Shown: piece after piece, positions 28,239-37,314 of the stretch
Layout: the number at the start of each line of letters is the position of its first letter
Position numbering within the stretch: position 1 is the stretch's first letter
Virus record (IMG/VR): IMGVR_UViG_3300034120_000351
Coordinates: 1 to 53,614 of that record
Source of the DNA: a virus
Taxonomy: Duplodnaviria; Caudoviricetes
Strand: one strand, 5' to 3'
Length of the DNA: 53,614 nt
Made by a program: the position numbers and the translations under genes
The notes under the pieces: model-generated
What the model was told of the DNA's origin: nothing
Databases searched by the model: none
The model's input: the letters and a program-made list of their open reading frames with translations, nothing else

Positions 28239-30070
28239 CCGAGCACCGTCCTGTCGCCGGAATCAACGTGTCCGATGATCTGACCCATCTGGTAATTGCC
28301 ACCCACAGCGTTTGACTCAAAGCGCACGCGCAACTCACGGCGCTGCTCTTTAAGCATCACGATCTGCTGATAAGGCTCTGTGGCGGTTTCAGGGAATGAG
28401 AACACGCTGCTGTAAACTTCAGGCGCTCGGGCGTTAGCGCGACCGGTGACTTGAACTGTCATCGGACCGTTCTGAATGAAGTCAGGCTCAATCTCCGTAA
28501 TACGCAAGTATTCGTTCTTACCCTGCGGCAAAGATGACAAGTCGGCTGTTTCAAAATAAGATTGAATCGGCAGGGTGGACTGACCTTCAACTTCGTCAAC
28601 ACCTTGCTCATGAATCCAGACGCGGTAACCACTTGCCGTCGGAATGCAATCCGTCAGCAGAGGCGCGGCGAAGCCGTTATTGTAACCGCCAGAAGCTCGA
28701 CCGGAAGCGGGCAGCGCCGTGTCATACCAAGAGTTCTCACGCACATTGTAAATAATGGCGTGGGTGCATTCTGTCGCGTCGTCGCGAGGGTAGCACCACC
28801 AGATTTCACCAAAGTGCGGGACTTTGAACGCGAATACTTTTGCCCTCTGACCTTCGTTAATGTTGTCAAAGAAATAGTTCAGATTCATCTGGTTAGGCAC
28901 TTCACGCACCACGCCGTTGAACATCAGGAAGCGGTCAACGCCTGCCCAGAAAAACACGCCATCATAATCAACCACGCAGTCGGGTGACATGATAGAAGTG
29001 TCCGTTGCGATTGTGTCAAACTGGAACACAGTTGCGCCGCCCGTAAAAGTTGCACGAATCACAGCGTCGTAAGCCCAGAACAAACCCGCAGGTGCGGAGC
29101 CTGAACCGGCGCGCAGCGGCATACCTTTGATAATTTTCTGTCCCCAAACTCGGGCGATACCTGATCCGGAGCCGCTCAGGTCAGTGAAGTCGCCGGCAAC
29201 AGACCAGCCGACAATACCCGCTGTACCGTAGTAAAACAGGTAGGGAAACAGCATCACAATACCGCCAGTGGTATTAGCGCCAGCAGGGAGGGGAATTTCA
29301 ACTAAGGGCGCAGTCCCTAGAATATCGCCGTAGAAAATCTGACCGCCGGTGTCGTTACAAATACATTCTAAATTAGGAGCTACGTGCGCGATTAACGAGT
29401 TGTTAGTCGTTGATGCGTCGTACGCGGTCTGGAACATCCATTGATTGTTATCGCTGACCGTCAAAGCGTCTAAGCCACCAGACATGTCGGTCACAGCGGT
29501 CGTGATAGTTGTCGTGTTAGCCACAACGACGAATCCGTTAGTAGCCTGCCCGACAGATGAGGCGGTGATTGTGATGACCGCGCCCACCGCGACTGCCGTG
29601 TAGTCAGGCGTAGACGCGTAAGCGTTGATATTCGCAGCAACGGCGGTGGCGGTCGTCGGTAAGTCAGTCGTGAACGAAACAGAGCCGGAGGTGATTGTTA
29701 CGCCGTTGACGGTGATGTTGTTAACTGATCCCGCGCCACCACCTGTCAGTGTGACAGAGCCGGTCGCGCTGACACCCACAGGTGTACGGTCGCTGATGAC
29801 AGAGCTATTTTTAGTGCTGTCAATCGTGAAGCGCTCAACAGTAGATGACCCCGCTGAGTGGCAATACTGTAAACCTTGTTGAGTAAAGCTGTTAAAACCC
29901 CTAGAGATTTCGGTCAGGTACTTGTTGATTGAACGATACCCTGCGATTTTTCTAGGAAGCCCGCGCTGAAACCGAACCCACTGCCCATCAATGTAGAAGT
30001 CACCTTCATACCTAGTACCGTCCCGCTTGATACCAGGTAGAGATTTTAGGACAATTGTAGATTCAGGCAT
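28235..30070 (-). CDS. Tail tubular/nozzle protein (packaged-DNA stabilisation type)
   Basis: PGIKRDGT...VRFQRGLPRKI N-terminus, FGEIWWCYP, IIYNVRENSWY and IEPDF; beta-rich. Confidence 0.7.
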   Translation of the reverse strand: MPESTIVLKSLPGIKRDGTRYEGDFYIDGQWVRFQRGLPRKIAGYRSINKYLTEISRGFNSFTQQGLQYCHSAGSSTVERFTIDSTKNSSVISDRTPVGVSATGSVTLTGGGAGSVNNITVNGVTITSGSVSFTTDLPTTATAVAANINAYASTPDYTAVAVGAVITITASSVGQATNGFVVVANTTTITTAVTDMSGGLDALTVSDNNQWMFQTAYDASTTNNSLIAHVAPNLECICNDTGGQIFYGDILGTAPLVEIPLPAGANTTGGIVMLFPYLFYYGTAGIVGWSVAGDFTDLSGSGSGIARVWGQKIIKGMPLRAGSGSAPAGLFWAYDAVIRATFTGGATVFQFDTIATDTSIMSPDCVVDYDGVFFWAGVDRFLMFNGVVREVPNQMNLNYFFDNINEGQRAKVFAFKVPHFGEIWWCYPRDDATECTHAIIYNVRENSWYDTALPASGRASGGYNNGFAAPLLTDCIPTASGYRVWIHEQGVDEVEGQSTLPIQSYFETADLSSLPQGKNEYLRITEIEPDFIQNGPMTVQVTGRANARAPEVYSSVFSFPETATEPYQQIVMLKEQRRELRVRFESNAVGGNYQMGQIIGHVDSGDRTVLG

Positions 30071-31272
30071 CAGAACGTCCCACCTACGACCACATTAGCG
30101 GGTGCGATACCTAGCGCAGCCCATGCCGCCGCTTCGTCAGTCGCGGTGAAAATAGCCGTACCCACGGAAGTCCCGCCGAGGTTGATCAAAGCCGCGCCTG
30201 CGTTTGTAGCCCCTGTACCACCCTGCGCGACAGAAATCGGATAGCTCGCGACTCGTGTGTCCGCGTTAACAACATCACTACCGTTACAATAATAAATTCC
30301 GCGAGAGCCTTGAGTAACGGCGATACCCGCACCGGCTGAAGTTTTAACCGTCAGTGTGTAAGCGCCGGTGGTCGCGTTGTCAACCCAATACTGCTGAACA
30401 GTTGAAGGGACAACCACGTTACGATTACCGGTTAACGTGCCGGTGAATTTATAAACAATACGGTTTAGCTCCGAACCGCTCAGCGTGTAAGTGCCGCTTC
30501 CTGCAATGTCGACCACCGTATAGTCAAAAACAAAAACCGAAGCCTGACCGAACCCTAATGTGTAAAAGTTAGTCCCGTCACTGATAATTACGGATGACTC
30601 ACTGGGTTGGTAATCTTTAGTTGCAGCCCCGTCAATCGTGTTGATGCCTGAAGGGGTGACCGTAACTTGACCGCCACCCGAGTTACGCAGGTACATGAAC
30701 CAGTCGTTACCGACCGTAGCAGCGCTAGGTAGCGTCAACACGCCTGAGCCTGAGCCGGTCCACAAATACATCTTGGCGCGGTCAGCTGTACCCGCCGTGT
30801 AATTCGTGTTGAACTGTGTAATAGGTACGGATTGAGACAACAGCGTACCAACCGCGACAATACCAGTACCCGCGAGAGCAGAAGCGTTGGCGTTAGAAAC
30901 TGTAGCGCCGAACTGGAGCGTTTCCCACAAGCCGTTCGTAGTTGTGTTGCTCGTCAAATAGACTTGCCAAACTGTGCCCGCAGCGATAGAAGCAACCTGC
31001 GTACCGCCCGCGTTTTTGACTATGAAAGTGTAAGCGCCTTGGTTGTTAAACAGGATCGTGTTACCTGTGCCGCTCTTCTGCGCATCTGGCAGGAAGATTG
31101 ACCAACCTGACGTAGATTCCGTCACGTCAATAATGCGGGTTGCTAAGTTCGTGTTAGTAGAGGTTTCCTCTGGCCAACTCAAAACAATATCGGCGGTCAG
31201 CGTGACTGCGCTGTAGCTGATTTCGCTCGGGTAGATGTTCGCTCCACCAAAGACGTCGTTATAGATAGGCAT
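30070..31272 (-). CDS. Tail or tail-fibre attachment protein
   Basis: Thr/Gly-rich beta repeats, VAQGGTGAT motif, C-terminal GGTF. Confidence 0.65.
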   Translation of the reverse strand: MPIYNDVFGGANIYPSEISYSAVTLTADIVLSWPEETSTNTNLATRIIDVTESTSGWSIFLPDAQKSGTGNTILFNNQGAYTFIVKNAGGTQVASIAAGTVWQVYLTSNTTTNGLWETLQFGATVSNANASALAGTGIVAVGTLLSQSVPITQFNTNYTAGTADRAKMYLWTGSGSGVLTLPSAATVGNDWFMYLRNSGGGQVTVTPSGINTIDGAATKDYQPSESSVIISDGTNFYTLGFGQASVFVFDYTVVDIAGSGTYTLSGSELNRIVYKFTGTLTGNRNVVVPSTVQQYWVDNATTGAYTLTVKTSAGAGIAVTQGSRGIYYCNGSDVVNADTRVASYPISVAQGGTGATNAGAALINLGGTSVGTAIFTATDEAAAWAALGIAPANVVVGGTF

Positions 31273-31904
31273 TACGCTTCACTCCTATTTGCTGTGCGAT
31301 CCATGATACGCTTCAAGTCTTCGCCATTCAGCGCCTGCGCCGCACGGTCGTACATGGCTTGCCAAGTCTGAATACGCTCGTCTTTCTTGAGGAACGGAGT
31401 CGCTTCAAGCAGGGTTGCGTACAATAGCACGTCAGGTGCATACTCGGTGAGCCAGTTAGTTTGCAGGTCATCACCCAGCAGGGCGGGCTGCTCGTAGTAC
31501 AAGATTTCAAGGGTCTGCGCTGCGGCGGGTGTCGGGGTAATCAGCCAGTGCTGATAATCGTAGTCGGCGTAAAACTGAGGAGCGGCGGTTTCGGCTTCGT
31601 CTGGCCAGTAGTTACGGCAATACTCGTATGCGCGGGCAAAAATGGGCGAGCCGTTGACCGTCATGCTGATTGTGTCGCGCCAGCGGTCAGGCTTCAGGTA
31701 GACCGCCACTCCGATTGACAAAGGGGTCGTCACAGCGCGGATAAAACCCTGAATTTTAAGTTCGCGGGCGATACGGCGCTCACCTAATGTGATTAGGCGA
31801 GGTAGCTGGTCGTAAACGATTTGGTCGCTCTCTTGCGTGAAACCACGTTCAAGGTAGCGACGCACGTCCACCAGCAAACTGTCGTACGTCATGCTATAGC
31901 TCAT
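31272..31904 (-). CDS. Head-tail adaptor (tail tubular A-like)
   Basis: MTYDSL...ERRIAREL, PTP...EILYY and NWLTEYAPDVLLYATLLEA motifs. Confidence 0.75.
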   Translation of the reverse strand: MSYSMTYDSLLVDVRRYLERGFTQESDQIVYDQLPRLITLGERRIARELKIQGFIRAVTTPLSIGVAVYLKPDRWRDTISMTVNGSPIFARAYEYCRNYWPDEAETAAPQFYADYDYQHWLITPTPAAAQTLEILYYEQPALLGDDLQTNWLTEYAPDVLLYATLLEATPFLKKDERIQTWQAMYDRAAQALNGEDLKRIMDRTANRSEA

Positions 31905-31954
31905 AAATACTCCATGGGTATTAGCAGCTGATTCAGCATGCGCCGTTTTGATGA

Positions 31955-31984
31955 ATTATAACCTTGAAACAGAGTTCAAGGCAA
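31955..31984 (-). promoter_or_regulatory. Sigma70-like promoter upstream of the adaptor gene
   Basis: TTGCCT-18nt-TATAAT with a CCTTGAA/TTCAAGG inverted repeat spanning -35 and spacer. Confidence 0.65.
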
Positions 31985-32000
31985 GCAGTTCTAATCCGCG

Positions 32001-32477
32001 TCATGAAAGGAACACAGCGCGTTCGTCAATCCGGCGCTTCTGAAGCCCCTTCAAGACTTTACCCCCCGCCATGCAATACTTCAAGAGTTCCTCAGCAGCA
32101 CCCTCTTTATCACCGCGTAGCAGCTTCTGACGCAACGTCGAACGCTGGAGTGTTCCCAGACCGACATTAAAAGCAAAAGACACAAGACCGTCAAACATCC
32201 CTTGTGTAAGAGGTACAGGACAGAAGCGTTCCACTCCACGCTCAAACCTGTTAAGATCGCTTCTGAGAATCCCATCTACTTCTTCTTTGGAAAATTGGCG
32301 GTTATCTTCTGCACGAAGCGCGTAAGCGCCTCTTTGATCGATTGGTAACTTGCCTTGATCTGGGTAAAGAACATGTCCAACTCCTATTGTCCACAGCTTT
32401 GCTGGGCACTGGTAAGGTTTAAACCGAACACCCTCATGGTGTTTGATCATCTCAATCGTTTTAGACGAGACGTTCAT
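32001..32477 (-). CDS. Endolysin, GH24 lysozyme
   Basis: HEG...Y.CPA..WTIGVGH catalytic region, FDGLVSFAFNVG and GLQKRR.DE motifs. Confidence 0.93.
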   Translation of the reverse strand: MNVSSKTIEMIKHHEGVRFKPYQCPAKLWTIGVGHVLYPDQGKLPIDQRGAYALRAEDNRQFSKEEVDGILRSDLNRFERGVERFCPVPLTQGMFDGLVSFAFNVGLGTLQRSTLRQKLLRGDKEGAAEELLKYCMAGGKVLKGLQKRRIDERAVFLS

Positions 32478-32989
32478 TTACCGAACGCCCGACCGCCGAA
32501 GTGGAACGCAATAATGCTAGCAAACAGGGCTTGCGTCTCACTGTCCCAGAGCATCTCTAGCAGGTCATTGAAAGGTACGCTCATGTAGTAGCCGTACCAG
32601 AAACCTGCGATGTCAACAAAAACCAGCAGGAAAAAGAAGCCGTATGTGACCACAGGGCGAACGCTGGCGCGGAGATTCTTCATCCACTGACTGGTTCCCT
32701 CGTTCAAGCTGGCGTCATGGGCGTAGATTGCCTGCATCTCTGCCTGCTGAGCGCCGATGAGGGCTTGGCTAGTGTTAGCTGCGCTTTCCGTTGCGAGCTG
32801 CTCTGAGCGTATATGCTCTACGCGCTCTTGAGCTTCAAAACCGAGCTTACGCATCTCAAGCTCGCGCTGGATCTGGAGTTGGGCAAGGGCTAATTCATGG
32901 GCTTTGTCTTGTTGACCTTGGAAGAATTCAAGAATCTTGGGCAGACCGCCCATCAAGAACGAAATCAGAGTTGAGAGTAGGGTTAGCAT
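32474..32989 (-). CDS. Holin-like membrane protein (3TM type)
   Basis: LRASVRPVVTY, several TM segments, FHFGGR C-terminus; directly upstream of the lysozyme. Confidence 0.7.
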   Translation of the reverse strand: MLTLLSTLISFLMGGLPKILEFFQGQQDKAHELALAQLQIQRELEMRKLGFEAQERVEHIRSEQLATESAANTSQALIGAQQAEMQAIYAHDASLNEGTSQWMKNLRASVRPVVTYGFFFLLVFVDIAGFWYGYYMSVPFNDLLEMLWDSETQALFASIIAFHFGGRAFGK

Positions 32990-32998
32990 AGTGATCCT

Positions 32999-33610
32999 TT
33001 ACTGTTTGCTTTTACTTAAAATATTACTCGCAATTTGCAACATGCTAATTGCTTTGTTCAGGTCTTTAGGCTCTTTATCCCAGCCAACAGTGATCTGCCC
33101 GACGAACCGACCTTGTTCCGGCGGCACACTCACACGGCAACCGAACGTCACGCCTTTTTCAATGTACCAAAGTCCAATCTCGCTCTGAGCCGTTGCGTAT
33201 TCACCGCAGGGTATTTCATTCGCCATCAGCGCAATCACATCACGATTATTGGCGGTGCTCTGTGTGAACAACCCCACGTCCAATCCGTCATGAGTTTTGT
33301 CTCTACCTTCTCGGGTGTAAGCGCGAAACAACACTCGCGTGCCGAACAGCGGGTTAACTTTGAATATAGCTATAACGGTCGCATCGGTGTTTTTAAACAA
33401 ATGCGCCGCGACGTCTTCAGCCCTCTCTTCTGCGATTGCCGGCAGCTTCTTGTTTTCCTTGTACGCCTCAAACAAAAACCCTTGGTTCTGCCAGAGGAAG
33501 TATCCGGAGAACGCGAACACTGCCATGAGCAGCAGCGCGAACAGTTTGAACGGACTATCTACGTAAGATAGAACTTTGCTCAAAGCGTCCGCTGGCTTGT
33601 CGTCACTCAT
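32999..33610 (-). CDS. Single-TM protein resembling T4 holin T (periplasmic GAF-like domain)
   Basis: One TM then WQNQGFLFEAYKENK, FVGQITVGW and QIASNILSKSK, which parallel T4 gpT segments as I recall them; lies in the lysis cassette. Confidence 0.55.
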   Translation of the reverse strand: MSDDKPADALSKVLSYVDSPFKLFALLLMAVFAFSGYFLWQNQGFLFEAYKENKKLPAIAEERAEDVAAHLFKNTDATVIAIFKVNPLFGTRVLFRAYTREGRDKTHDGLDVGLFTQSTANNRDVIALMANEIPCGEYATAQSEIGLWYIEKGVTFGCRVSVPPEQGRFVGQITVGWDKEPKDLNKAISMLQIASNILSKSKQ

Positions 33611-33756
33611 AACCCGAGCATCCCTAAAAACTTATTCACAATCTTGTCGGACAGGTCGTCCGGCAGGAAGCGTAAAAAGCCAAGCACCCACCAAACAATG
33701 CACAGCCGTACAAAGATTTTGAGAAACAGATCAAATTGCTTCTGGTACTCATTCAC
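33607..33756 (-). CDS. Small membrane protein, 49 aa (GTG start)
   Basis: Read manually: MNEYQKQFDLFLKIFVRLCIVWWVLGFLRFLPDD...; coupled on both sides. Confidence 0.65.
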   Translation of the reverse strand: MNEYQKQFDLFLKIFVRLCIVWWVLGFLRFLPDDLSDKIVNKFLGMLGL

Positions 33757-34253
33757 CGACCACACCTTGTCTTGGCGCATAGTTCCATGACTTCAGCAAT
33801 ACCCCAACCAACCGCGCCGAGGAACATGACGATGATCACAATCGCAACCGCCCACATCATTTGCTCTTCTTCAGCTTCTTTGCGCTTTTTCTCTTCAGCT
33901 TTTAACGCCGCCATCTCTTTGGCGTCGTCCCTGTCCATCTCGGCTTGACGGGCTTTGATTTTTTGCCAGACGTCAATCTTACCCGTCTGCATGAAAAGCA
34001 TCTTTAGCTCTTCTTCAAATGCGCGGGCTTGCTCCAACGCCATCTCAATCTGAAGCGCGGTTCCCATGTTGGAACCCTTCTTGTCCCGCTTAGCTTGAAG
34101 CATAGCTTTAGTCGCATTGCTCTTTGCATCAAAGAGCTTCCCAATCATGGGCGCGAGGGAACTTAAATCGTTAGCAACTTTGCTCGCTTTTTTAACGAGT
34201 CCAATCGCCTGATGTAAACCTTCTAGCGCTGTAATCGGGTCGATCGGAATCAT
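33753..34253 (-). CDS. Hypothetical protein with C-terminal TM (start revised to MIPIDP)
   Basis: Coiled N-terminal part and C-terminal hydrophobic helix. Confidence 0.7.
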   Translation of the reverse strand: MIPIDPITALEGLHQAIGLVKKASKVANDLSSLAPMIGKLFDAKSNATKAMLQAKRDKKGSNMGTALQIEMALEQARAFEEELKMLFMQTGKIDVWQKIKARQAEMDRDDAKEMAALKAEEKKRKEAEEEQMMWAVAIVIIVMFLGAVGWGIAEVMELCAKTRCGR

Positions 34254-34342
34254 GGCCACATCCAAACTACTGTAAATGTCCCCCAAACAATGAAGGCAAC
34301 AATCAAGGCTGCGGCAATAATTGCTTCAGCCCAGTCTCTCAT
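34250..34342 (-). CDS. Small membrane peptide, 30 aa
   Basis: Read manually: MRDWAEAIIAAALIVAFIVWGTFTVVWMWP; ATGA coupling. Confidence 0.55.
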   Translation of the reverse strand: MRDWAEAIIAAALIVAFIVWGTFTVVWMWP

Positions 34343-34344
34343 AC

Positions 34345-34539
34345 TTACAAACCTAAAATCTTTTTAACAAATTCTCCAGCAACTCCTGGACCAAACAATA
34401 CCGCCGCAATGACGATGTAAAGTAGATACTCGATCGTTTTCATACGGTCTTTTCCGCGATCAAGCGCGTCTTGTATTGAGCGATAGCGCTCCGTGCAGAC
34501 CGCCTCATGAACCGCCAACCGAGTATCTACTGATTCCAT
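34345..34539 (-). CDS. Small coiled-coil plus TM protein (lysis-region type)
   Basis: HEAVCTERY motif and C-terminal TM. Confidence 0.7.
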   Translation of the reverse strand: MESVDTRLAVHEAVCTERYRSIQDALDRGKDRMKTIEYLLYIVIAAVLFGPGVAGEFVKKILGL

Positions 34540-34775
34540 TATTGCACCTGCGCGCCAGTAACTGCCTCTTCAGGCTGTGCTTCCAACGCGTCTTTCAACA
34601 TTCTGAAAAAAGCATCTCGACCAACTTGAAGCTGATCCACGTTGAATCTTGCTGAGTCCAATTTACGATCCAAGTCAGCGACGTGGTTGAGCAGCATCTG
34701 CTGTTGCTGGCTCATGTCTTCAAACTTGTACTCTACGCCGTCAATAGTCACAGGGGTTTTTTCGTTTTTTCCCAT
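34539..34775 (-). CDS. Hypothetical protein (possible tail-fibre-associated chaperone)
   Basis: VTIDGVEY motif and coiled coil; AAGGA RBS. Confidence 0.7.
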   Translation of the reverse strand: MGKNEKTPVTIDGVEYKFEDMSQQQQMLLNHVADLDRKLDSARFNVDQLQVGRDAFFRMLKDALEAQPEEAVTGAQVQ

Positions 34776-34820
34776 GATGTTTCCTTTAATGCGCCACCAA
34801 GATCGGGTGGTGGCTTCCCG

Positions 34821-35120
34821 TTATGATGTTGCCCAAGGTGTTCCTGTAGCAGTCACAGGATTCTTCTGCAAGGCGATGTTAGCCGCTAAAGAGGCTTCAA
34901 TTGTGTCTTTGTCGCTACCGCTAGCCCACACCCACCCGAGCACCATTTCTTGCGTCAACTGATCGTAAGGCACCACGGGAGAGCCTAAAGGCCATGTCGT
35001 TGTTGAAAAAATAGAAGCGTTGTATGTGCCATCCACGGCTACCGCTTGCCAGTACGCTGTCGTGACGAAACCATTGTCAATTTCGTAAACGAGCTTAGAG
35101 ATGCTCCATGTAAAAGTCAT
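34821..35120 (-). CDS. Tail-fibre-associated small protein
   Basis: TWSI...PYDQLT..VLGWV...GTPW pattern; follows the fibre gene. Confidence 0.65.
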   Translation of the reverse strand: MTFTWSISKLVYEIDNGFVTTAYWQAVAVDGTYNASIFSTTTWPLGSPVVPYDQLTQEMVLGWVWASGSDKDTIEASLAANIALQKNPVTATGTPWATS

Positions 35121-35129
35121 AGTAATTCC

Positions 35130-36965
35130 TTAAGGGTGTGATAATTTGTAAGCATCGAACTCAGCTTTAAGCTCTTTGATAGCCGCGACTAAAAGTGGAA
35201 TTGTGTCTGTGTAACCCAACCACATCCGACCATCGTCAGCAATAGACACCGCCTCTGGAAGTACCTTCTGCACGTCCTGCGCAATTAAGAATGCGCGTGA
35301 TGCGCCCTCATTGTCAACAACGTACCGACCAGTTACGGCGCGAAGTGTCATTACTTTAGATAACCCGTTTTCAATAGGGACAAGATTGGTTTTGTGACGT
35401 TCGTCTGAAATCGAAGTCCACGACCCGCTTCCTGCCGTCAACCCCACCCCACCTGTACTACCGTTCATCAGGATTAAGTAACCGCTGTTTGCAGGGTTGC
35501 GAATTATTGGGTTTCCACTCCAACCCACGCCGCCAGCGTCACCAAAATAAAGGTTTGAGCCATCGCTAACATGAAACTTGGCACCAGGAGTTTTAGTCCC
35601 GATAGCTACGTTCATGTTCATAAACGTCATCACCTGCGACCAGCCAGCGGGGTTGAAAAAATTGTTACCCCAAACCAGACCACGAACTGGTGAAGAAGTA
35701 TAGTTCTCTAGCGAGTAGTAATAAGGACCAGTCGTCTCATTGAACCATCTAATCGAATCGGTTGAATTATTAACATACCTAAAGAAATTAAGGGAATTAG
35801 TCGAAGTAGGACTAAAGGTTACAGTTGTCCCGTTGGTTTCCATCATCGATGGCGCGGCGGCAAACGAACCAGCGTTGTTGTACTGGAATTGACCAGTAGA
35901 ACCCGCAGGGCTTCCACCACCGCCGCCACCAGCCGCCCAAATAGGGGGTGAGCCTGAACCTTGTGATGTCAGGACTTGACCGCTTGTGCCGTAGTTAGCA
36001 CCTGATAAGCCGATTGCGCCAGATGAAGCGATGCGAAGACGCTCTGTTGGTTCGGTGTCAGTATTTACACTTCTAGTGTAAAAAGCCAAATCACCATATG
36101 TTGTCCCTGCATTAAAAGTTTCAACAAAACCAAAATATGCAGGGTAATAATTATTTGTGCTTTTATACCCAAAACCAATTAAACGCTTTCCACCAACACC
36201 ATTTTCGGTTGCGCCAAGTCCCAAATATGTTGAACCATTACCAATAGCAGTTGCATTAGATTGAGCAACTTGAAGTTTTACATTAGGCGAACTTGTCCCA
36301 AGACCTAGATTACCTGCGGTATCAAAGGTTGCGCGAGCCGTATCGTTTGTTGTCAGATAAAGCGGGTGATTGCTACGCGCACCCATGTAAACCGCGCTGT
36401 TTGTATTACTAGAAATTGTCTGAGCAATAACAGATGTACCAGTAACAAGGCTAATTGCGTTGCCACTTGAGTTGGCAAGTTCTAAAGTTTTAAATCCGCT
36501 AAATGTAGTAGGCGAATTCGTCCCAATACCCAGATTGCCAGTAGAACCAACAAATCTTGCTTGCTCAGTTCCATTAACCTTGACAATAACATCTCGGTTT
36601 GCACCATTTGCATTTAGCGATAGGTCAGCACCAGATGATGATTGAACAGTAGCAAGAGCTTGTAAAGTTCCACCGCTAGTAATGTTCCCTGTGCACGAAA
36701 GATTAGTACCATCAAAAGTAAGCGCAGAGCCACTTGTCGCTTGGCCTGAGCTGTTGACGTACACAACACCATTAGTGGTGATCGGGGCGATAGCCCCTGT
36801 AGCGCCTGCTAACAGCGTTACCGTGCCAGAGTTGTTTTTGTAGTACAGCTTGCCGTCGGTGATGTTGATCGCCAACTCGCCGTTCTCTAAGCTCGTATTG
36901 ACAGGTACAGCCGACGCGGTCGTGCTGTAGTAGAGTTGGATGGGGGTGTAGCCAATAGCTGCCAT
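35130..36965 (-). CDS. Tail fibre/spike with C-terminal intramolecular chaperone (peptidase S74)
   Basis: GELAINITDGKLY N-terminal module, GNLGIGT.SP repeats, SDERHKTN...LIAQDV...LVAAIKEL. Confidence 0.88.
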   Translation of the reverse strand: MAAIGYTPIQLYYSTTASAVPVNTSLENGELAINITDGKLYYKNNSGTVTLLAGATGAIAPITTNGVVYVNSSGQATSGSALTFDGTNLSCTGNITSGGTLQALATVQSSSGADLSLNANGANRDVIVKVNGTEQARFVGSTGNLGIGTNSPTTFSGFKTLELANSSGNAISLVTGTSVIAQTISSNTNSAVYMGARSNHPLYLTTNDTARATFDTAGNLGLGTSSPNVKLQVAQSNATAIGNGSTYLGLGATENGVGGKRLIGFGYKSTNNYYPAYFGFVETFNAGTTYGDLAFYTRSVNTDTEPTERLRIASSGAIGLSGANYGTSGQVLTSQGSGSPPIWAAGGGGGGSPAGSTGQFQYNNAGSFAAAPSMMETNGTTVTFSPTSTNSLNFFRYVNNSTDSIRWFNETTGPYYYSLENYTSSPVRGLVWGNNFFNPAGWSQVMTFMNMNVAIGTKTPGAKFHVSDGSNLYFGDAGGVGWSGNPIIRNPANSGYLILMNGSTGGVGLTAGSGSWTSISDERHKTNLVPIENGLSKVMTLRAVTGRYVVDNEGASRAFLIAQDVQKVLPEAVSIADDGRMWLGYTDTIPLLVAAIKELKAEFDAYKLSHP

Positions 36966-36969
36966 GATG

Positions 36970-37314
36970 TTACCTCAAATTCTCAAGTTTGTACAAAGTT
37001 TTCATATGCATACCGGTGAGATCATCAACGATGTTCTCTAAGGCTGGGACACCTTTAGCAACTTTGCTACGGTTTTCATTCAGCCAAATTATATCATCAT
37101 GGATCAGTTTTGCGATGCTTTTTTCCTGTTCGCCAACTTCACCGATGATTCCGAAAGTACCTTGGTACGCCTCAATCAGCTCGTCCAGCTGCTCGATGAC
37201 ATCTTCGTAGTAATGACCGAGCGCTTTATGCTCAGAATATGACTTTGTTTTCCAGTGTGCGATGTGGGCTGCGTTTCGGGCGTGGAATAGACGCTCGATC
37301 AGTTCTTCAATCAT
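36970..37314 (-). CDS. Ferritin/Dps-like protein (DUF5856-like; start revised to MIEEL)
   Basis: HIAHW...EHKALGHYYE...DELIEAYQG motif. Confidence 0.7.
   Translation of the reverse strand: MIEELIERLFHARNAAHIAHWKTKSYSEHKALGHYYEDVIEQLDELIEAYQGTFGIIGEVGEQEKSIAKLIHDDIIWLNENRSKVAKGVPALENIVDDLTGMHMKTLYKLENLR

Noticed and set aside
34793-34814. GCCACCA/TGGTGGC hairpin as a terminator
   Set aside because: No U-tract on the coding strand; at most a stabilising or processing hairpin
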